A DNA stretch of 64,000 nt from Mustelus asterias (Eukaryota), in NCBI RefSeq assembly GCF_964213995.1, contig NC_135803.1, forward strand, positions 73,098,001-73,162,000, given 5' to 3'. This document shows, piece after piece, positions 49,599 to 63,754 of this stretch. Position 1 is the stretch's first letter, and every line of letters starts with the position of its first letter. The notes under the pieces were generated by a model. It searched no databases. It was not told where the DNA came from and saw only the letters and a program-made list of their open reading frames with translations. The position numbers and the translations under genes were made by a program.

Positions 49599-50654
49599 GT
49601 GAGTAAAGGCAAGCAGTACAACTGCCAAATTGAAACAAAGTGTAACACTGAAGCAAACCTCGACCTCCAATTGCAAAGAATTGGGTTCAACTCAAGCCTG
49701 GGTTTGCATCAAGCCATTGCAGCCATTCACATGCAAACTTGAGGTGCCCATTCAGGATGCTGGTGCTTTGTATTAGCAAAGCTCTGCTGAGGAGTAATGT
49801 TGTGAATGGGACTCTCATTCCCTCTTACCCATTCAGTGGGAATTGTAGTAATGAATTCCTTGGAATAATCTTAGCATATTGATGGGTCTGTGATCCTATT
49901 TCGGGACAAAGTACAATTGTGGGGAAAAATTGGCTGTTTCAAATATCGGTAAGAAGGTTTGGAAGCTTAGAAAATTTATGGCACAGAAAGATGCCATCAT
50001 GTCTTTGACGATTGAAAAAGAACCATTAAGTCTATCCCCATCTTCGAGTTCTTGGTCCATAGCATGTAGGTTACAGCACATCGAGTGCGTATCCAGGTAC
50101 TTTTAAATACGATGAAGGTTTATGTTTCTAGCACCCTTTAAGACGGTGAGTTCTGGATTTCCTGCACCCCCTCAGTGAAACAATTTCTCAGCTCCCCTCT
50201 AATCGTGATTTACTTTAAAATTGTGCCTCCTAATATTTAACCCCTCTGCAATCGTCCTCCCTATGCACTCTGGGCCCTGTATGATTTTATACACTTCAAT
50301 GCTCCCCGACCACCAAGGAAAACAAGCCCAGCCTGGCTAAACTTTCCTTGTGACTAAAATTCTCTATTCCTGACAATATCCTAATCTCCATACTGCTCCA
50401 GTGCGATTACATGCTTCCTGTAATATGATGACCTGAACTGTATGCAGTGTGTTGCACTAAGAATTCCTTTTGAGATGTGTTGAGCAGGAACTCATTGCCA
50501 TTTCTTAGTCTGAATTGAGGATCGGTTTAATGGGCAGCATGTGGAAGTTTGCTTGCTCATCTGTAATTTTGGAAACATAGAAAAGTGTTGGAAAATTAGC
50601 CTAAGCAGAAGGGAATGCAATCTCTACCATTAATGTACATACCTTGTGTTGCAG

Positions 50655-50796
50655 CAAAAGTTGTTCCTCAACCAATAACCCACACTTCCCCACGGATCCA
50701 ACCTGACTATACAACAGAAAGGGGGAACCTGATCTCCATACCTGGTCATAGGGCCTCACCTAACCCTGTTACTATGGAAACACGAACTGAGAACAG
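50655..50796 (+). CDS. SAP130: SAP130 coding exon 10
   Basis: KVVPQPITHTSPRIQPDY...GHRASPNPVTMETRTENR. Confidence 0.93.
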
Positions 50797-51079
50797 GTAA
50801 GTTGCCAGACACTTCAGTGTTTGAGTGGATAGGTTAGAAGCACAAGCAAATATTTTGTGTTTGAATATCCAGCATTCTCAATGCATTCATTCCACTGTCT
50901 AGATTTTCCTTTAGCTTTTCCTTCTCTGTGAAATAGCAGAACAGGCCATTCGTCCCCTCACGCCTACTCTCCCATTTGATAAGATCATGATTGATCTTTT
51001 TCTGTTTCAAATTCTACATTCACATCTACCTCTGATTCCCTTGCCTAACAATCTTATCTACCTATGATTTTTTTAAAAA

Positions 51080-51445
51080 TTCATTCGTGGGACATGGGTG
51101 TCTCTGGCTGGCCAGCATTTAATGCCCATCCCTAGTTGCCCTTGAACTGAGTGTCTTGCTAGGCCATTTCAGAGGGCAGTTGAGTCAACCACACTGCTGT
51201 GGTTTTGGAATCACATGTAGGCCAGGTAAGGATGGCAGATTTCCTTCCCTAAAGGACATTAGTGAACCAGATAGGTTTTTCTAATAATCAACAATGGTTT
51301 CATGGTCATCAGTAGACTCTTAATTCCAGGTTGATTTTTTTTTATTGATTCAAATTCCACCATCTGCCGTGGCGGGATTTGAACTCGGGTCCCCAGAACA
51401 TTAGCTGAGTTTCTGGATTAATACCACTAGGCCATTGCCTACCCT
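51080..51445 (-). mobile_element. Deu-domain tRNA SINE (SacSINE1-like); 5' part duplicated in tandem
   Basis: tRNA-like head ggcaatggcctagtggta...gagttcaaatccc; body ggttcactaatgtcctttagggaaggaaatctgcc; related fragment at 23280-23410. Confidence 0.65.
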
Positions 51446-51772
51446 GTAACAGGTGGAGGTATTGAAACCTAAATAGAAGTTCATTCAAACGTTCAACAGT
51501 CTAGGCCCTTCCCTAAAGGACATTAGTGAACCAGATAGGTTTTTCTAATAATCAACAATGGTTTCATGGTCATCAGTAGACTCTTAATTCCAGGTTGATT
51601 TTTTTTTATTGATTCAAATTCCACCATCTGCCGTGGCGGGATTTGAACTCGGGTCCCCAGAACATTAGCTGAGTTTCTGGATTAATACCACTAGGCCATT
51701 GCCTACCCTGTAACAGGTGGAGGTATTGAAACCTAAATAGAAGTTCATTCAAACGTTCAACAGTCTAGGCCC
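51243..51772. repeat. Apparently perfect 264-bp tandem duplication
   Basis: 51243-51508 equals 51507-51772 by eye; 2-bp CC microhomology at the junction. Confidence 0.9.
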
Positions 51773-51840
51773 AGTTTGAGTTGGAGATGCTACTAATTAA
51801 GGTTAATTCACTGTTCTCATTCCTTTTCCCCTGCATCCAG

Positions 51841-51971
51841 GCAAGTACCTGTACAGTTCCAGTATTATCTGCCAGCTTACCCACCATCAGCTGCCATCCC
51901 TGGCTACCCAACACTGGCGCACAACTTTACTGCAATAACAAGCACAGTGTCCACTATACGGCAATACCCAG
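51841..51971 (+). CDS. SAP130: SAP130 coding exon 11
   Basis: QVPVQFQYYLPAYPPSA...ITSTVSTIRQYP. Confidence 0.92.
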
Positions 51972-54900
51972 GTATGGATATGCTCTATTCATTCATTGAC
52001 GTTTTTACAGCAGTGGCCAAATAAGAATACGTGCAGAACAAAGAGCTATCAGGGGAGTTGAGAGAAGGAATGTTGTGAATTTAAATTAAAACAAAATGTT
52101 GGAAAAATTCAGCAAGTCATGCAGCAACTGTTTACTTGAAACGTTAACTCTTTCCTTCTCCACAGTTGCTACCTGACTTTTTGAGAATTTCCAGGAGTTA
52201 CTGTTTATATTTTAGGTTTCCAGCATCTGCAGTATTTTGCATTTGTATTGTTGAAAGTTAAATGGCTCGATTTATAGCTGGGTAAACTCTGAGAAGCTGC
52301 GAGAGTGCGTCATTAGATTTTGATCCGTTTTTTTCAGTAGTTTCCGGAGTGACATGAATTCTCCTCGTAAATGGACATGCTTGAAGCTGTACTGTATTGA
52401 GCTCACAAAGACAGAAATTGACTTAAAAAGACAGCAACACTTTACTAAATTGTAAACTTTACAATACCTTTCAATTTAGAAGCAGGGTTCTTTTTGAAAG
52501 TCTGCATGATGACTGGTTATCTGACCTAGTTTCCTGCTGTAGTATATCACCATGGAGAGGTGTTTTATAAGTATACAACAATTAGTGTTCATGTGCAATT
52601 TTAATTGCACAATAATTAATTAGCTTGTACATCTAACAACTAACTGTTTTGAAGGTTGTGCCTGTGATCCTTGCATTATTCCCATGAATAGAATAAAACC
52701 TTCCCACTCTCCAGTGTAATGAAACAATCTTGTCATTTTTTTCATAATTATGTGGGAAAATTGCTTGATGTTTTTCATGGTTTTGTAGAAAAGTACAACT
52801 GCGATTCAGTATGGATTCAGAGTTGTAGTCTAAATAAGACTGTTATATTTGAAGTTTGAGATTCCAGTTAGTGACAAGTTGTACCACCCTTCATGGATGA
52901 TGTTACACCTTCCTTGTTAATGGAGATCCTGTTATTTTAAATTTGCTACATTTCTTGTAAAGCCATTTTCATTCTGGGGTAGGCTATATACTGATTTTGC
53001 ATCTCCAGTAAATCCAGTCAAAGTGACTTGAAACTTTAAATTCTACTGTGTGAAAAGTATATTGTGTATATTTAAATCAATACATTTTAAAAATACTCCA
53101 TGTTAAATATTTTTATTTATTTGAAACCTTCCATTTCATCCTCAAATTGAAGTACATTCTTATTTGACAAATACAAAATAAATTACAAAAATGCTGCTGT
53201 TAAACAATCTGAATCCCCAAATTGTTGGCTGTTCCAGATGGATAGCTCCATGGGTGCTGCCAGCTATTCAGTACCTTGTGCAAGTGGCTGTTCATCTTGT
53301 CAGGCATGTCATCTTTGGATTTTCTTCTCATTTGACAGGCAAGTTTGCCTGCGATCCAGCTGGGGTGACTGGGCAGTGATCAGCAGAGGGTACTTGGGCT
53401 GTTTGATATATTCCCATTCCTTTTGCCCACTTTGCAATTCCCCCCAACCCAGAGCACAGAGGTCCCTGAAGGGCACTCGCAGTTCTTGTGAATAATCCCC
53501 TACCAGATGAAGTGATAAAACTAAAACAGAGAAAGCTGGAAAAACTCAGCAGTTCTGGTAATGTTCATAGGAAGAGAAAACTGTTGTTCAGAACTAAAAA
53601 GAAGAAAAAATGTTTTGGGATTATATACTGTATGAGAGGGGGTGGAACAGTGATTAGTGGGAGCTGAAGAGATTGCAATAAAGATGCAACAAAATGTAAG
53701 AAGTGACAGATGGCCCAGAGGGGAAGGGAGGGAGGGATTTTGCATAATTGGGACATTAAAAAGGTTAAAATAGAGGAGAAAGGTCACAGTCCTAATCATC
53801 TCCAGTCACTCCAGTTGGATCACGGGCAAATCTGCCTGTCAAGTGAGAAGAAAATCCAATGACATTGAGTTGAGTCCTGGAGATACGTAGAGAAATGTAA
53901 TCCTGCTACATCTTTGTTGCAATCTCTCCCAGCTCTCACTATTCAGTTTCAGCTGTTCTATCCCCTCTTTTACACCCTCTTTTACAGTATATAATCCAAC
54001 ACATTTTTCCCTCTAATTCTGAAGGATCACGCAGATTTACAACATTAACTGTTTTATCTCCCTATGAATGCTGCCAGACCTGTTGAGTTTTTTCAGCATT
54101 GTTTTTGCTTCAGATTCCAGCATCCTCATTATTTTGCTTTCATTAAAACCTGAGACTATCTGTTTTCTTTGACTTGTGCTACACTAGGCTCTGCTGTTAT
54201 TCAAATACATTTGAATGCTTTAGATTAAGGCAATTTTATGTGCATCTTGCATTTGTTTAATATCTGAATTATATTGTCGGCCTGAAAGTTTTGGGTGTGA
54301 ACTAAGTTTGACGTTTTCTAAATGTTACCTGAAGATCTTGTAAATCAATTAATATCATAATTATTTGAATAACCGTTTGGAGTCAGTTTACACACAGCTG
54401 TTGAAGAAAACCTAGGACTTACGTGGCAGTTTTACCTGGGCAGGTGTTATTTCTTGCACATTTTAAGTTTTGAAAACAGGCCAAACACACATTTCTTTTA
54501 AGGATTGGGAATTGGTAATTCTGCTTTGTTTTCCCTTTCTGTAAATGTGAACTTGAACCAGAATTATTACAGCGAAAATCCCTTTTAACCAAACCATCAG
54601 TTCTTAAACACCAAAATGTTAAGATTGAGATGGATTGCTTACAGGATGTAATGTAGAATTTCTTCCTACTAAACTTAGCAATAGGTGATCAGAATAATCG
54701 TAGCTTTTGAGCTGAAACTCTGGTACCCCAGAATTCATTTTCGATTGCAATTCAACCATCATCCTATATTTTCTTGGGCACATTGACAGAAAAGGTGGTT
54801 TTGTTCACCTGTTTAGAACCATCGCTCATCTTGTGGACTTGACTGGAACCATAGCATCATTTGCTCATTAATCCCTGGGACCAGTCACAGTCAACATGAC

Positions 54901-55183
54901 TATTTGCTCCTAAAGGTAAATGTAGTAGAGGAGTGGACAACATGCCAAATGTGTTAATTTTAAAATGACTCCTTTCTGCAATCTCTCAAGTTGCCATTTC
55001 CTTTCACACTTTAGTGAGTTTAATGCACTCTATCTGAATTTGTTTACTGGTGATTTTTCCTTTCATTTGGATTTACAAATCCATATCTCTTTGGCAAGTG
55101 ATGTGGAAATAAAAGGAAGGTCCATTGTGTTACGTGTTTATAAAACCCAATGTCGAGTCTTCAGTTGTCTACAGTTGACACGG

Positions 55184-55216
55184 TGGGGGGGGGGGGGGGG
55201 GGGGGGGGGAGGGGGG
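55184..55216. repeat. Poly-G tract
   Basis: Run of about 26 G followed by aggggg. Confidence 0.9.
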
Positions 55217-55555
55217 AATGGCATTTGCATGTTGGGTAATATCATAACTGGCAAGTGTCTTATGATTGTTGCTGCTTTTGTGCACAAGAACACTTTGTGT
55301 CCATGTTAGCAACTAAGAACAAGGACTGGGCTACTTTTATGATATTTACGTAACTAATATATACTTGTGAAGGACTGATTTGCAGAGTTATAAAGAAAAA
55401 TCTTGGGTGCAGGATTGAATTAGTGAGGTTTTTTCCAAAGAACCTCCATCAACGCTGTAACATTCAATGATTCTATAACTGCTCTTTATATAAACGTGAA
55501 CCTCTGAATAAGTAAGTTGTTTCTTTTTAAAACTAATGTCCAATCTCCATCTCAG

Positions 55556-55864
55556 TTTCAGCACAAGCACCAAGCTCTGTGTCTGCAGCAGCAATTGCAG
55601 CTCAGGCAGGTGTTGGTGTGGCCTCCACTGTCCATCTGAACCCCATGCAGTTGATGACTGTGGACACCACACATGCACGTCACATTCAGGGGCTCCAGCC
55701 TGCGTCGATCAGTGCCCAAGGGCTACAGCCTACTTCAATTGGCCCCCAAGGGATTCAGCCAGCTCCACTTGGGGCACAAGGAATTCAGTCAACATCCATT
55801 GGCACCCAGGCTATGCAACCTGCAGCACTTGGCCCGCAACAGAATGCAGAGAACAAACCACCAG
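55556..55864 (+). CDS. SAP130: SAP130 coding exon 12 (contains 10-aa QG(L/I)QP repeats)
   Basis: GVGVASTVHLNPMQLMTVD...HIQGLQPAS...ENKPP. Confidence 0.92.
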
Positions 55865-58444
55865 GTAAATAAGTGGTATTTTGAATAATTAATGGGCTCG
55901 GCTACATCACTGTACAAAAAAGGGAAATAATTACCAGCAAGCAGACATCCTGAATGTCTGTAAAGGTTCAATTATGACTGAATTTTTGACATTTTAATTC
56001 CACTATATTTTGCTCTGTATTAATTTTTAAGAGGTGCAGGAACAAGAGACTTGTGTACACAAATTGAACAAGTTGAAAAGGTTATTTAAAAATGCACCCA
56101 GTGTACTATTTTTAAATAGGCATGGAGTATAAAAGTAAGGAAGTTATGGTGATCGTTTATGGATCTCTGGTTAGACCTCAGATGGAGTACTGTTCAGTAT
56201 TGGGCACCACACTTTAGGAAGCATGCCTTAAAGAGGATTCACCAGAATAGTACCAGGGATGAAATATTTCAGTTATCTGGAGAAACTGGTGCAGTTGGGA
56301 TAGTTGTCCTTGGAGCAGAGCAGGTTGGGGGGAGATTTACCAGAGGTGTTCAAAATTATGAAGAGTTTTGACAAAGTTAGCATGGAGAATTGTTTCTACT
56401 GGCAGGAGGGTCAGTAAACAGCAAGGACAGATTTAAGATTAAGACAACTGGTGGAGGAGATTAGAATTTGTTTATGCAGTGAGTTATGATTTTAGAATAG
56501 ACTGTCTGAAGTGGAAGCATACACTGCAGTTACTTCCAAAAGGAAATTAGATATCTACTTGAAGCAAAATTTGCTAGGTTATGGGGAAAGAGCAGTGAAG
56601 TGAAACTAATTGGAATAGTTGTTCCTGAAAACCTTCCTTGTATGCACATTTGTCAAAATTTGTTTGATAATGCTCCTATGAAGTGAGTTGTAACATTTAG
56701 AGATGCTTTATAAATACCAGCTGTTAGCCCTTTCAAAGCGTAGTCATGTGTTGAACAGCTGTCTCGTGTGCTGTCCAATTCTGATTCTTGTAATCTATCT
56801 GTTGCTTTGTCTAATTTATTCAGTCTGGGTATTTGGGCTTAGCCCCCAGTAGCTTGGATGCCTGTTATGGTTCAATTGTGTGTTGCTAATATGATTACAC
56901 TGAAGGTTTGATAACCACTGCCAGGCCATTTCCAACATGGTTATGTTACTGGACTAATAATCTAGAGGAAAATCTTGCTAATGTATGGTGGCTTTATAAT
57001 AGTAGAATGTCACATATTTTACAGGCAACCTATCAGACAGAGCCTTACGTTGGACAGGCGACCAATAGCTTGGGCAAAGAGGTATATTTAAAAGGGGCTT
57101 TGTGGGAGGGAAAGAGGTAGAAAGATTAAGGGAGAAAATTGCAGCGTTTAGGGCCTAGACAGCTAATGGTGATGTGAAGGGAATCAGGATGTTCAAACAG
57201 CCAGAGTTGGAGGAAGGTTGTAGGTCTGGGAGGAGGTTAGTTAAATGGGGAGGTGTGAGACCATGGAGGGATTTGAAAACTGATATGAATTTTGAAATTG
57301 AGGCATTGGTGGGCCAGGAAGCACAGGGGATGCTGGGTGAATGGGGCTTGATGCAAGTTAGGATATGGGCAGCAGAGTTTTGGTGAGCACAAATTTAGAG
57401 GTGTTAATATGTGAGGTCAGCCAGGACAGCATTTAAAATAGTTGAGGTAACAAGAAAAGACATGTTGTGGGAGATATAAGCAGATGAGCTGAGGCAGTGG
57501 GGGGAGGCGAATAATGTTATGGAGGTGGAGTTAGGTTGCCTTGCTGATGGGGGAGTATGGAGTTGGAAGCTCAGTTTGGGTTCAAATAGGACACTGAGGT
57601 TTAGAACTGTGTGGTTCGGCCTGAGATATTGGATAGGGAGGGGATGGAATCAGTGGAGAGGAAAGAGTATTTGTGGAATAATAAGGTGATGGGGCCTTGA
57701 TCTTATTGTTTTAACTAAAGGAAGTTTCCAAGTAGTTTGACACAGGCACTGGAGAGCTTGAGTGATGGTGATGAATTAAAGCTGGGTATTGTTAGTATGT
57801 TGTCCAGATTCTGCCCCCCGTCCCCCAACTAGTATCCTGGGAAGTATTTAGTATTTATCTCTCAACCAGCATCGCTAAAGCAGTTTATCCTGCCATCAGA
57901 TATGGGATTTTACTGTGCATATATTGGCTGCCATGTTTCCCAAATTACAACTGACTGCAATACAAAAAGTACATTGTTGGCTGTAATCTGCTTTGGGACA
58001 TTGTACAAAGACATTTTTATATGGCTTTTCACAATGTTGCTGAGGGAGAAACAGGTAGGTGAATAGAAGACACTTTGTACTCTCCAGTGTCTCCTTATCA
58101 TATTCAGCTGTTACACTGCGCCCTGGTTCCAGATATCACCGAGGACATGGACATGGTGCTCCAGATCAGTTTACAAAATAGTGAGTTGGAAACGGGGAGT
58201 TGTCTTATCAATTACACAACCTGGATAATAGTAGATCCTTAATTGCTGGCTGGGACATTGGATGTAGAACAGCTTCAGTGCTCAAATGATGAGGAAATCC
58301 TGGAGCTGAATCACCCCCTGAAGGAACTCGTTGATGCCTATTCCTTTTTTTTGTTAAATTGTCAAATCTACGCTAGCATTGTGTGTTGGATTCACAAGTC
58401 CATCAGGGACATCATGTCATTGCTTTACTTGTGCCCTTTCTCAG

Positions 58445-58619
58445 CAGTGGTATTAACAGACGGAGCCACGATTGTAGCCAATCCTATTAGCACGTTTAGT
58501 GCAACGCCTGCTGTCACCACCGTGATCCAGACCCACACTCAGAGCAGCAGTACAACTGCTCCAGCACAGGGATCTTCACCACGACCCAGCATTCTACGCA
58601 AGAAGCCAGCCTCTGATGG
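58445..58619 (+). CDS. SAP130: SAP130 coding exon 13
   Basis: VVLTDGATIVANPIS...QGSSPRPSILRKKPASDG. Confidence 0.93.
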
Positions 58620-59347
58620 GTAAGAGTGATTAACTGCTGATTGACTGTACCTGGTCTGTTTGACAGGGACAAAGATAACGGAGAGGAGTTGAGCCTTGAA
58701 TTTAGATGGTAGTAAAATTCTTTCAGTTGCTTAGGCATGTGCAGTGAAACCTAACTAATGTGTGTTGACGAAGATCTTTCTGTAAATGTCAATGAGTTTT
58801 AGGGAAGGTGGCGGCGGGGGGGGAGGAGATTGATGTGGAGGAAAAATAAGTCTGATAAATCACCCAAGTATAGAAATGTTTTGAGGATTCCAGAAGGAAT
58901 CATATGCTTGCTGCTGCAATATAGCAATTGAATTGACATTCCCAGTGCTGGAAATCCTGTTGAGTCTCAGATAATCTCATCCACATGTTGTCTCTAGCTC
59001 AAACATCTGAAATCACTTCACGTACAGAGGTCTCTGTAGCCACAACCAATAAACAGAAGTTTTTCTAGCCAAAACAAACATAACTAAGTGCCATTGTTAG
59101 AGTTTTATGATGTAATTGTTTTTAAAAGATTTTTATTAAACTTGTTAGATCAGTTGTCCTGTAGGAATGCCAATGAATTTTGCTTTAGTCCATGTACACT
59201 TGATCTGAGCATGTTGGAGCCAATGACTTTGTCCAGGTTCCTACACACCTGATCTGGTTGCTTGGGGCAAGACGTTCTACTGAAGACCTTGAATCTTCAA
59301 CATGTTTGTTCAGCAGGGCTTCAGAAATACCTCTAATTTGCAACTTC

Positions 59348-59694
59348 ATAGAAATCATAGAAACCCTACAGTGCAGGAAGAGGCCATTTGGCCCATCGAG
59401 TCTGCACCGACCACAATCCCACCCAGGCCCTACCCCCATATCCCTACACATTTTACCCACTAATCTCTCTAACCTACGCATCTCAGGACACTAAGGGGCA
59501 ATTTTAGCATGGCCAATCAACCTAACCCGCACATCTTTGGACTGTGGGAGGAAACCGGAGCACCCGGAGGAAACCCACGCAGACACGAGGAGAATGTGCA
59601 AACTCCACACAGACAGTGACCCGAGCCGGGAATCGAACCCAGGTCCCTGGAGCTGTGAAGCAGCAGTGCTAACCACTGTGCTACCGTGCTGCCC
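59348..59694 (-). mobile_element. Young HE1-like tRNA SINE with AACTTC TSD
   Basis: Full-length; AACTTC at 59342-59347 and 59695-59700. Confidence 0.9.
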
Positions 59695-59814
59695 AACTTC
59701 TAATCTCTGAGTTATTATTTGGGCCCCTAACGCGAGTTGTACAGCATTGTCTGAAATAAATGAGCTATATTTTGCTCAATATCGTATTTTAACTTTTATT
59801 GTATTTTTTTGTAG

Positions 59815-59919
59815 CATGGCTGTCCGGAAAAGCCTCATTCCTCCACAACCAACAGAGGCTACAAGCCCTCGATTAGATGGCACAATGCGAAACACATCAG
59901 GATCCCCACGACCAGTTGG
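59815..59919 (+). CDS. SAP130: SAP130 coding exon 14
   Basis: MAVRKSLIPPQP...SPRLDGTMRNTSGSPRPVG. Confidence 0.9.
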
Positions 59920-61727
59920 GTAAGGGCTGTAGCTATTTTGTGTGCCTTTTTCTCAACCTTTTGTATCATCTTGTGTGATCGACAGAAACTAAACAAATGT
60001 AGTCAGCAGGTCTGGTAGAATCTAACCCTTCACCAACCTGAGTTTCTCCCTCCACAGATGCTCTCAGACTTGCTGAGTATATCCAGCATTTTCTTGCTTC
60101 TATCTCAGATTTGAAACATCTTCAACCTCTGCTCTTGTCTTTGTATGAGAGCAGTCTGAAATCTAGGTCAATACTGCTTCGTAACAGATCACTTGGCAGT
60201 ATTCTGAGGGCTGTGTGTGTGTACCCAAGTAAGAAGCTGAACTCTTCAGATTAAAAAAGTTTCCAGATTTGTTGTTTGCTATGTGCTGTTACAGCTTTTG
60301 GCACATAATTTAGAGTTGGTCCTGGGCCCTGGATTCAGGAAGGAAAAATAAACAATGCATTGTTATGCAGCAACTTCTTGTGTGCATGTGCAGATCTTAT
60401 TTGTTATGGACCATGGTTGTACAGTCCATTGACATTCCTGGTCAAGCTTTGGACCAGTTGGATGAGCCTACTAACGGTGACTGTTATCTGTGTTGCTATA
60501 CTTCAGTCACGGGATCAATTAATTCCTTCAAGAGATCAGGTTAGAAACTGGTGAAAGGTAGAGTAGACATTTGAGTGTAGATTTTTTGCTGGTAACTGCT
60601 GATTTTGAAGTAACACGGTGAAACCTGGGGCTGAGATCATCTGGTGAGCAATGCAAGTAATTTAGTGCAATGACAGGCATGCTGCAAACAGTTAGTTTGG
60701 GGAAGGTATAACTGGGTTTGTCTTGCTTGCTTACCAGACCCAGTAAGGTTGCTTAATATTTAGCTGTATAGCATTGTCATGTATGAATTGGTTACTTCTA
60801 CCTATTGCTTTCCTTCGAGCTTTTGCTCTGCCTTGCTTCAATGGGTTAGGACTCTACCATCCTGGAGACCTGCCAGACATTATTTAGTTGCACCAGAGGC
60901 TGTGCTCCCAGTCCACCATTTCCATTGCTTGTCCCTTTAAGTTATTGCAACCCTTCAAATTTGCTGCAACACCAATAGACAAGCTCCCAATCTTTGTTCG
61001 CCTCAAATATGTAAGTTGACTTAGGAAATGTACAGTGCGGCAGTCTACTAGAGCATGAGCCACCCTACTCTGGTCAGGATTTTGCACGGACATCCAAGCT
61101 ATGCTGCATTATCTTCTGTGTATGGTTTCATCAGCCGTGATGGTGAACCAGAACATACTCTAATTGTTTCAGCTCTTTGTGGTACATGACCAATGATTTT
61201 CCATCACCTAAGTAGCAGGGAGTTGCTGGTCCTCATTCATTACAATGACTTACTAGCCTGGGTTTTCCTATTGCCAGGTAGCCGGTTAATCAGTGTTGCT
61301 CACAATGGTGAATTCTAATTTTATTTTACAATCTAGTTCTCTTAGAAACTTATAGTTCCAAAATAACATTCTCAGGTGAGGTTTCAAATTGTTTTTTTTT
61401 AAATATGGCCACACTCCATATAAATAGAAATGAGCACAGTTAAAGTTTGGCTTTCTCCCAACATTTTCAACCTGTACCCTTGAGATAAAATACCCTATGA
61501 TTATTAATTTACCCCTTAACTATGGTGATGCTCCAGAATCCAAGTGGGATGCCCACCGCATTCGCTTGCCTATTTCAAAAGGCTTTCAGTCATAGATTAG
61601 ACTGATGATCAAATTGAGTTGTCAACCATTAAGTGAGCCTCAGTAGTTTGTGTGAAAACGACTAAACAGAATACTCTTCTCAAGAAAGGGATAGTGCTGC
61701 TCCCAGTTACTGTGGCAGTCAGTGAGT

Positions 61728-62073
61728 GAAATCATAGAAACCCTACAGTACAGAAGGAGGCCATTCGGCCCATCGAGTCTGCACCGACCACAATCCCACC
61801 CAGGCCCTATCCCCATATCCTTACATATTTACCCACTAATCCCTCTAACCTACGCATCTCAGGACACCCTAAGGGCAATTTTTAGTATGGCCAATCAACC
61901 TAACCCGCACATCTTTGGACTGTGGGAGGAAACCAGAGCACCCGAAGGAAACCCACGCAGACACTAGGAGAATGTGCAAACTCCACACAGACAGTGACCC
62001 AAGCCAGGAATCAAACCCAGATCCCTGGAGCTGTGAAGCAGCAGTGCTAACCACTGTGCTACCGTGCTGCCCT
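61728..62073 (-). mobile_element. HE1-like tRNA SINE
   Basis: Near-identical to 59348-59694. Confidence 0.9.
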
Positions 62074-62735
62074 AAGTTACTAAAGTTATTAAATAAGGTG
62101 AGATTAATGAATGTGGAGCTGCTTTCAACCCATACAACTGACTGAAGGTGGGAAAGGCAGAACACTCCCTGCAGATCGTTATGTAATGCATATAATCATC
62201 AATTCTGGTTTTTGAACCTTCCTTAAACGGTGACATTGCACTCCCCTGACTTTCAAAGACAACTTGCATCTTTTTAGCACCTTTCACAACTCTGGGGCAG
62301 CCCAGAGTATTTTACAGCTAGTCAAATAATTTTGAAGTGCAATCACCATTGTAATGTAGAAAATACAACAACCAATTTGTGCAAAGCAAGTTCCCACAAA
62401 TAGCAATGTGACCAGACATTTCAGTTCCATGATGTTGATCGAGGTGTAAATATTGGTTAAGATATGGGGCAATCTCCCTGGACATCTTTGAAATAGTGCC
62501 ATGGGATCTCGAGAGGGCAGGTGAGACTTCAGCGTATCTGAAGGACTGCGATTCTCTTGGTGTGTCAGTCTAGGTTTATGTGCTTGAATCTTTTGGAGTG
62601 TGTAACCTTCTGATTCATTGCTAGCTTTGAGCCATGTCTAACCATTGTAATTTTGGTTGACAGTTACATAATGAGTAGCCTGCTTAAAAGGAACAATGTG
62701 ATGTTTTACTGTATGATTTAATTGTTTCTTTTTAG

Positions 62736-63100
62736 TGCCAAATCAAAACCAGAGATCCATGTTTCTATGACCGCACCAGTGGCTGTTGCAATGGAAGCAG
62801 TCAGTAGCCAGAACATGGAGCAAATGCCTGGGCCGGGCCAGTCAAATTCTCAGCAGCCTCAGCCACCAATCCCAACCCTCATTGCAGCTGCAGCAGCTCC
62901 TCATCCTCAACCTACTGCCTTATCCACTGTTACAGCGGCCGTCTCCGCCACTCCTCCAAGTTCAGTCTCCATGGCTACAGTGGTAGCTCCTTCAGCACAG
63001 CCAGTTGCCATTTCTGTTCCTGTCTCCATGAGCTCAGCATTACCAGAGGTTAAAATCAAGCAAGAGAGCGAACTAATGGACACACTGCAGCCTGTAGCAG
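62736..63100 (+). CDS. SAP130: SAP130 coding exon 15
   Basis: AKSKPEIHVSMTAPV...PEVKIKQE...; G|gtaggt. Confidence 0.9.
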
Positions 63101-63754
63101 GTAGGTGACCTGTGATCTCCCCTCATGAGCAGTAGTTCATGTTCAGACAAATATTTTTGTAAATAAAGGATATGAGCAGTTTGCTGGTGCGTCAAATTCT
63201 TTGTGTGGGTGTTGGGGTACTAGTGCTTCTATTTCTCTGAAGTAAAGGGGAGTGAGAAAAATAAAAGTAGCTGAGGTGGTCAGTATTTTGGCCAGCTAGG
63301 AAGCAACTCAGTGTATTATCTTTGTGGAGAGTGTATCAAGAATTACTGATTTTTGTGAAAGACTTAACTTATTCACAGCATTGATTGTCTTTCAGACTTT
63401 CAGAAGGACTTGAGAACACACTGATAAAATATTTGGCATTCATTGGGGAAAATTGGTGAAGTAGTAGACTGGAATTTTTGAAAAAAATGGGTTGAGAAGA
63501 GACTATTGTGGCACAGTTGAAATCCAATAGTAAATTTGCTGCTTTCTGTGTCATTGCGAAAAGTTTTGAGATTGGGATGGCCAATCAGTAGGAATAGATA
63601 AAAGTTGGCTGGATCCTACATTTTCATATGTTTTTATCTGAAATGTGGTCTATGTTCTTTTTGAGAATATTGATTACTTTTTGATTTTTTTTTTCTCTCT
63701 CCTTCCCTCTGCTGCTTCCTCTATCCTCTCCCTTCTCTGCATCCCCAATCCCAG

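Noticed and set aside
55686-55840. 30-nt periodic repeat as CRISPR-like or novel array
   Set aside because: Coding 10-aa QG(L/I)QP repeats inside a SAP130 exon, also present in mammalian SAP130; no repeat-spacer structure.
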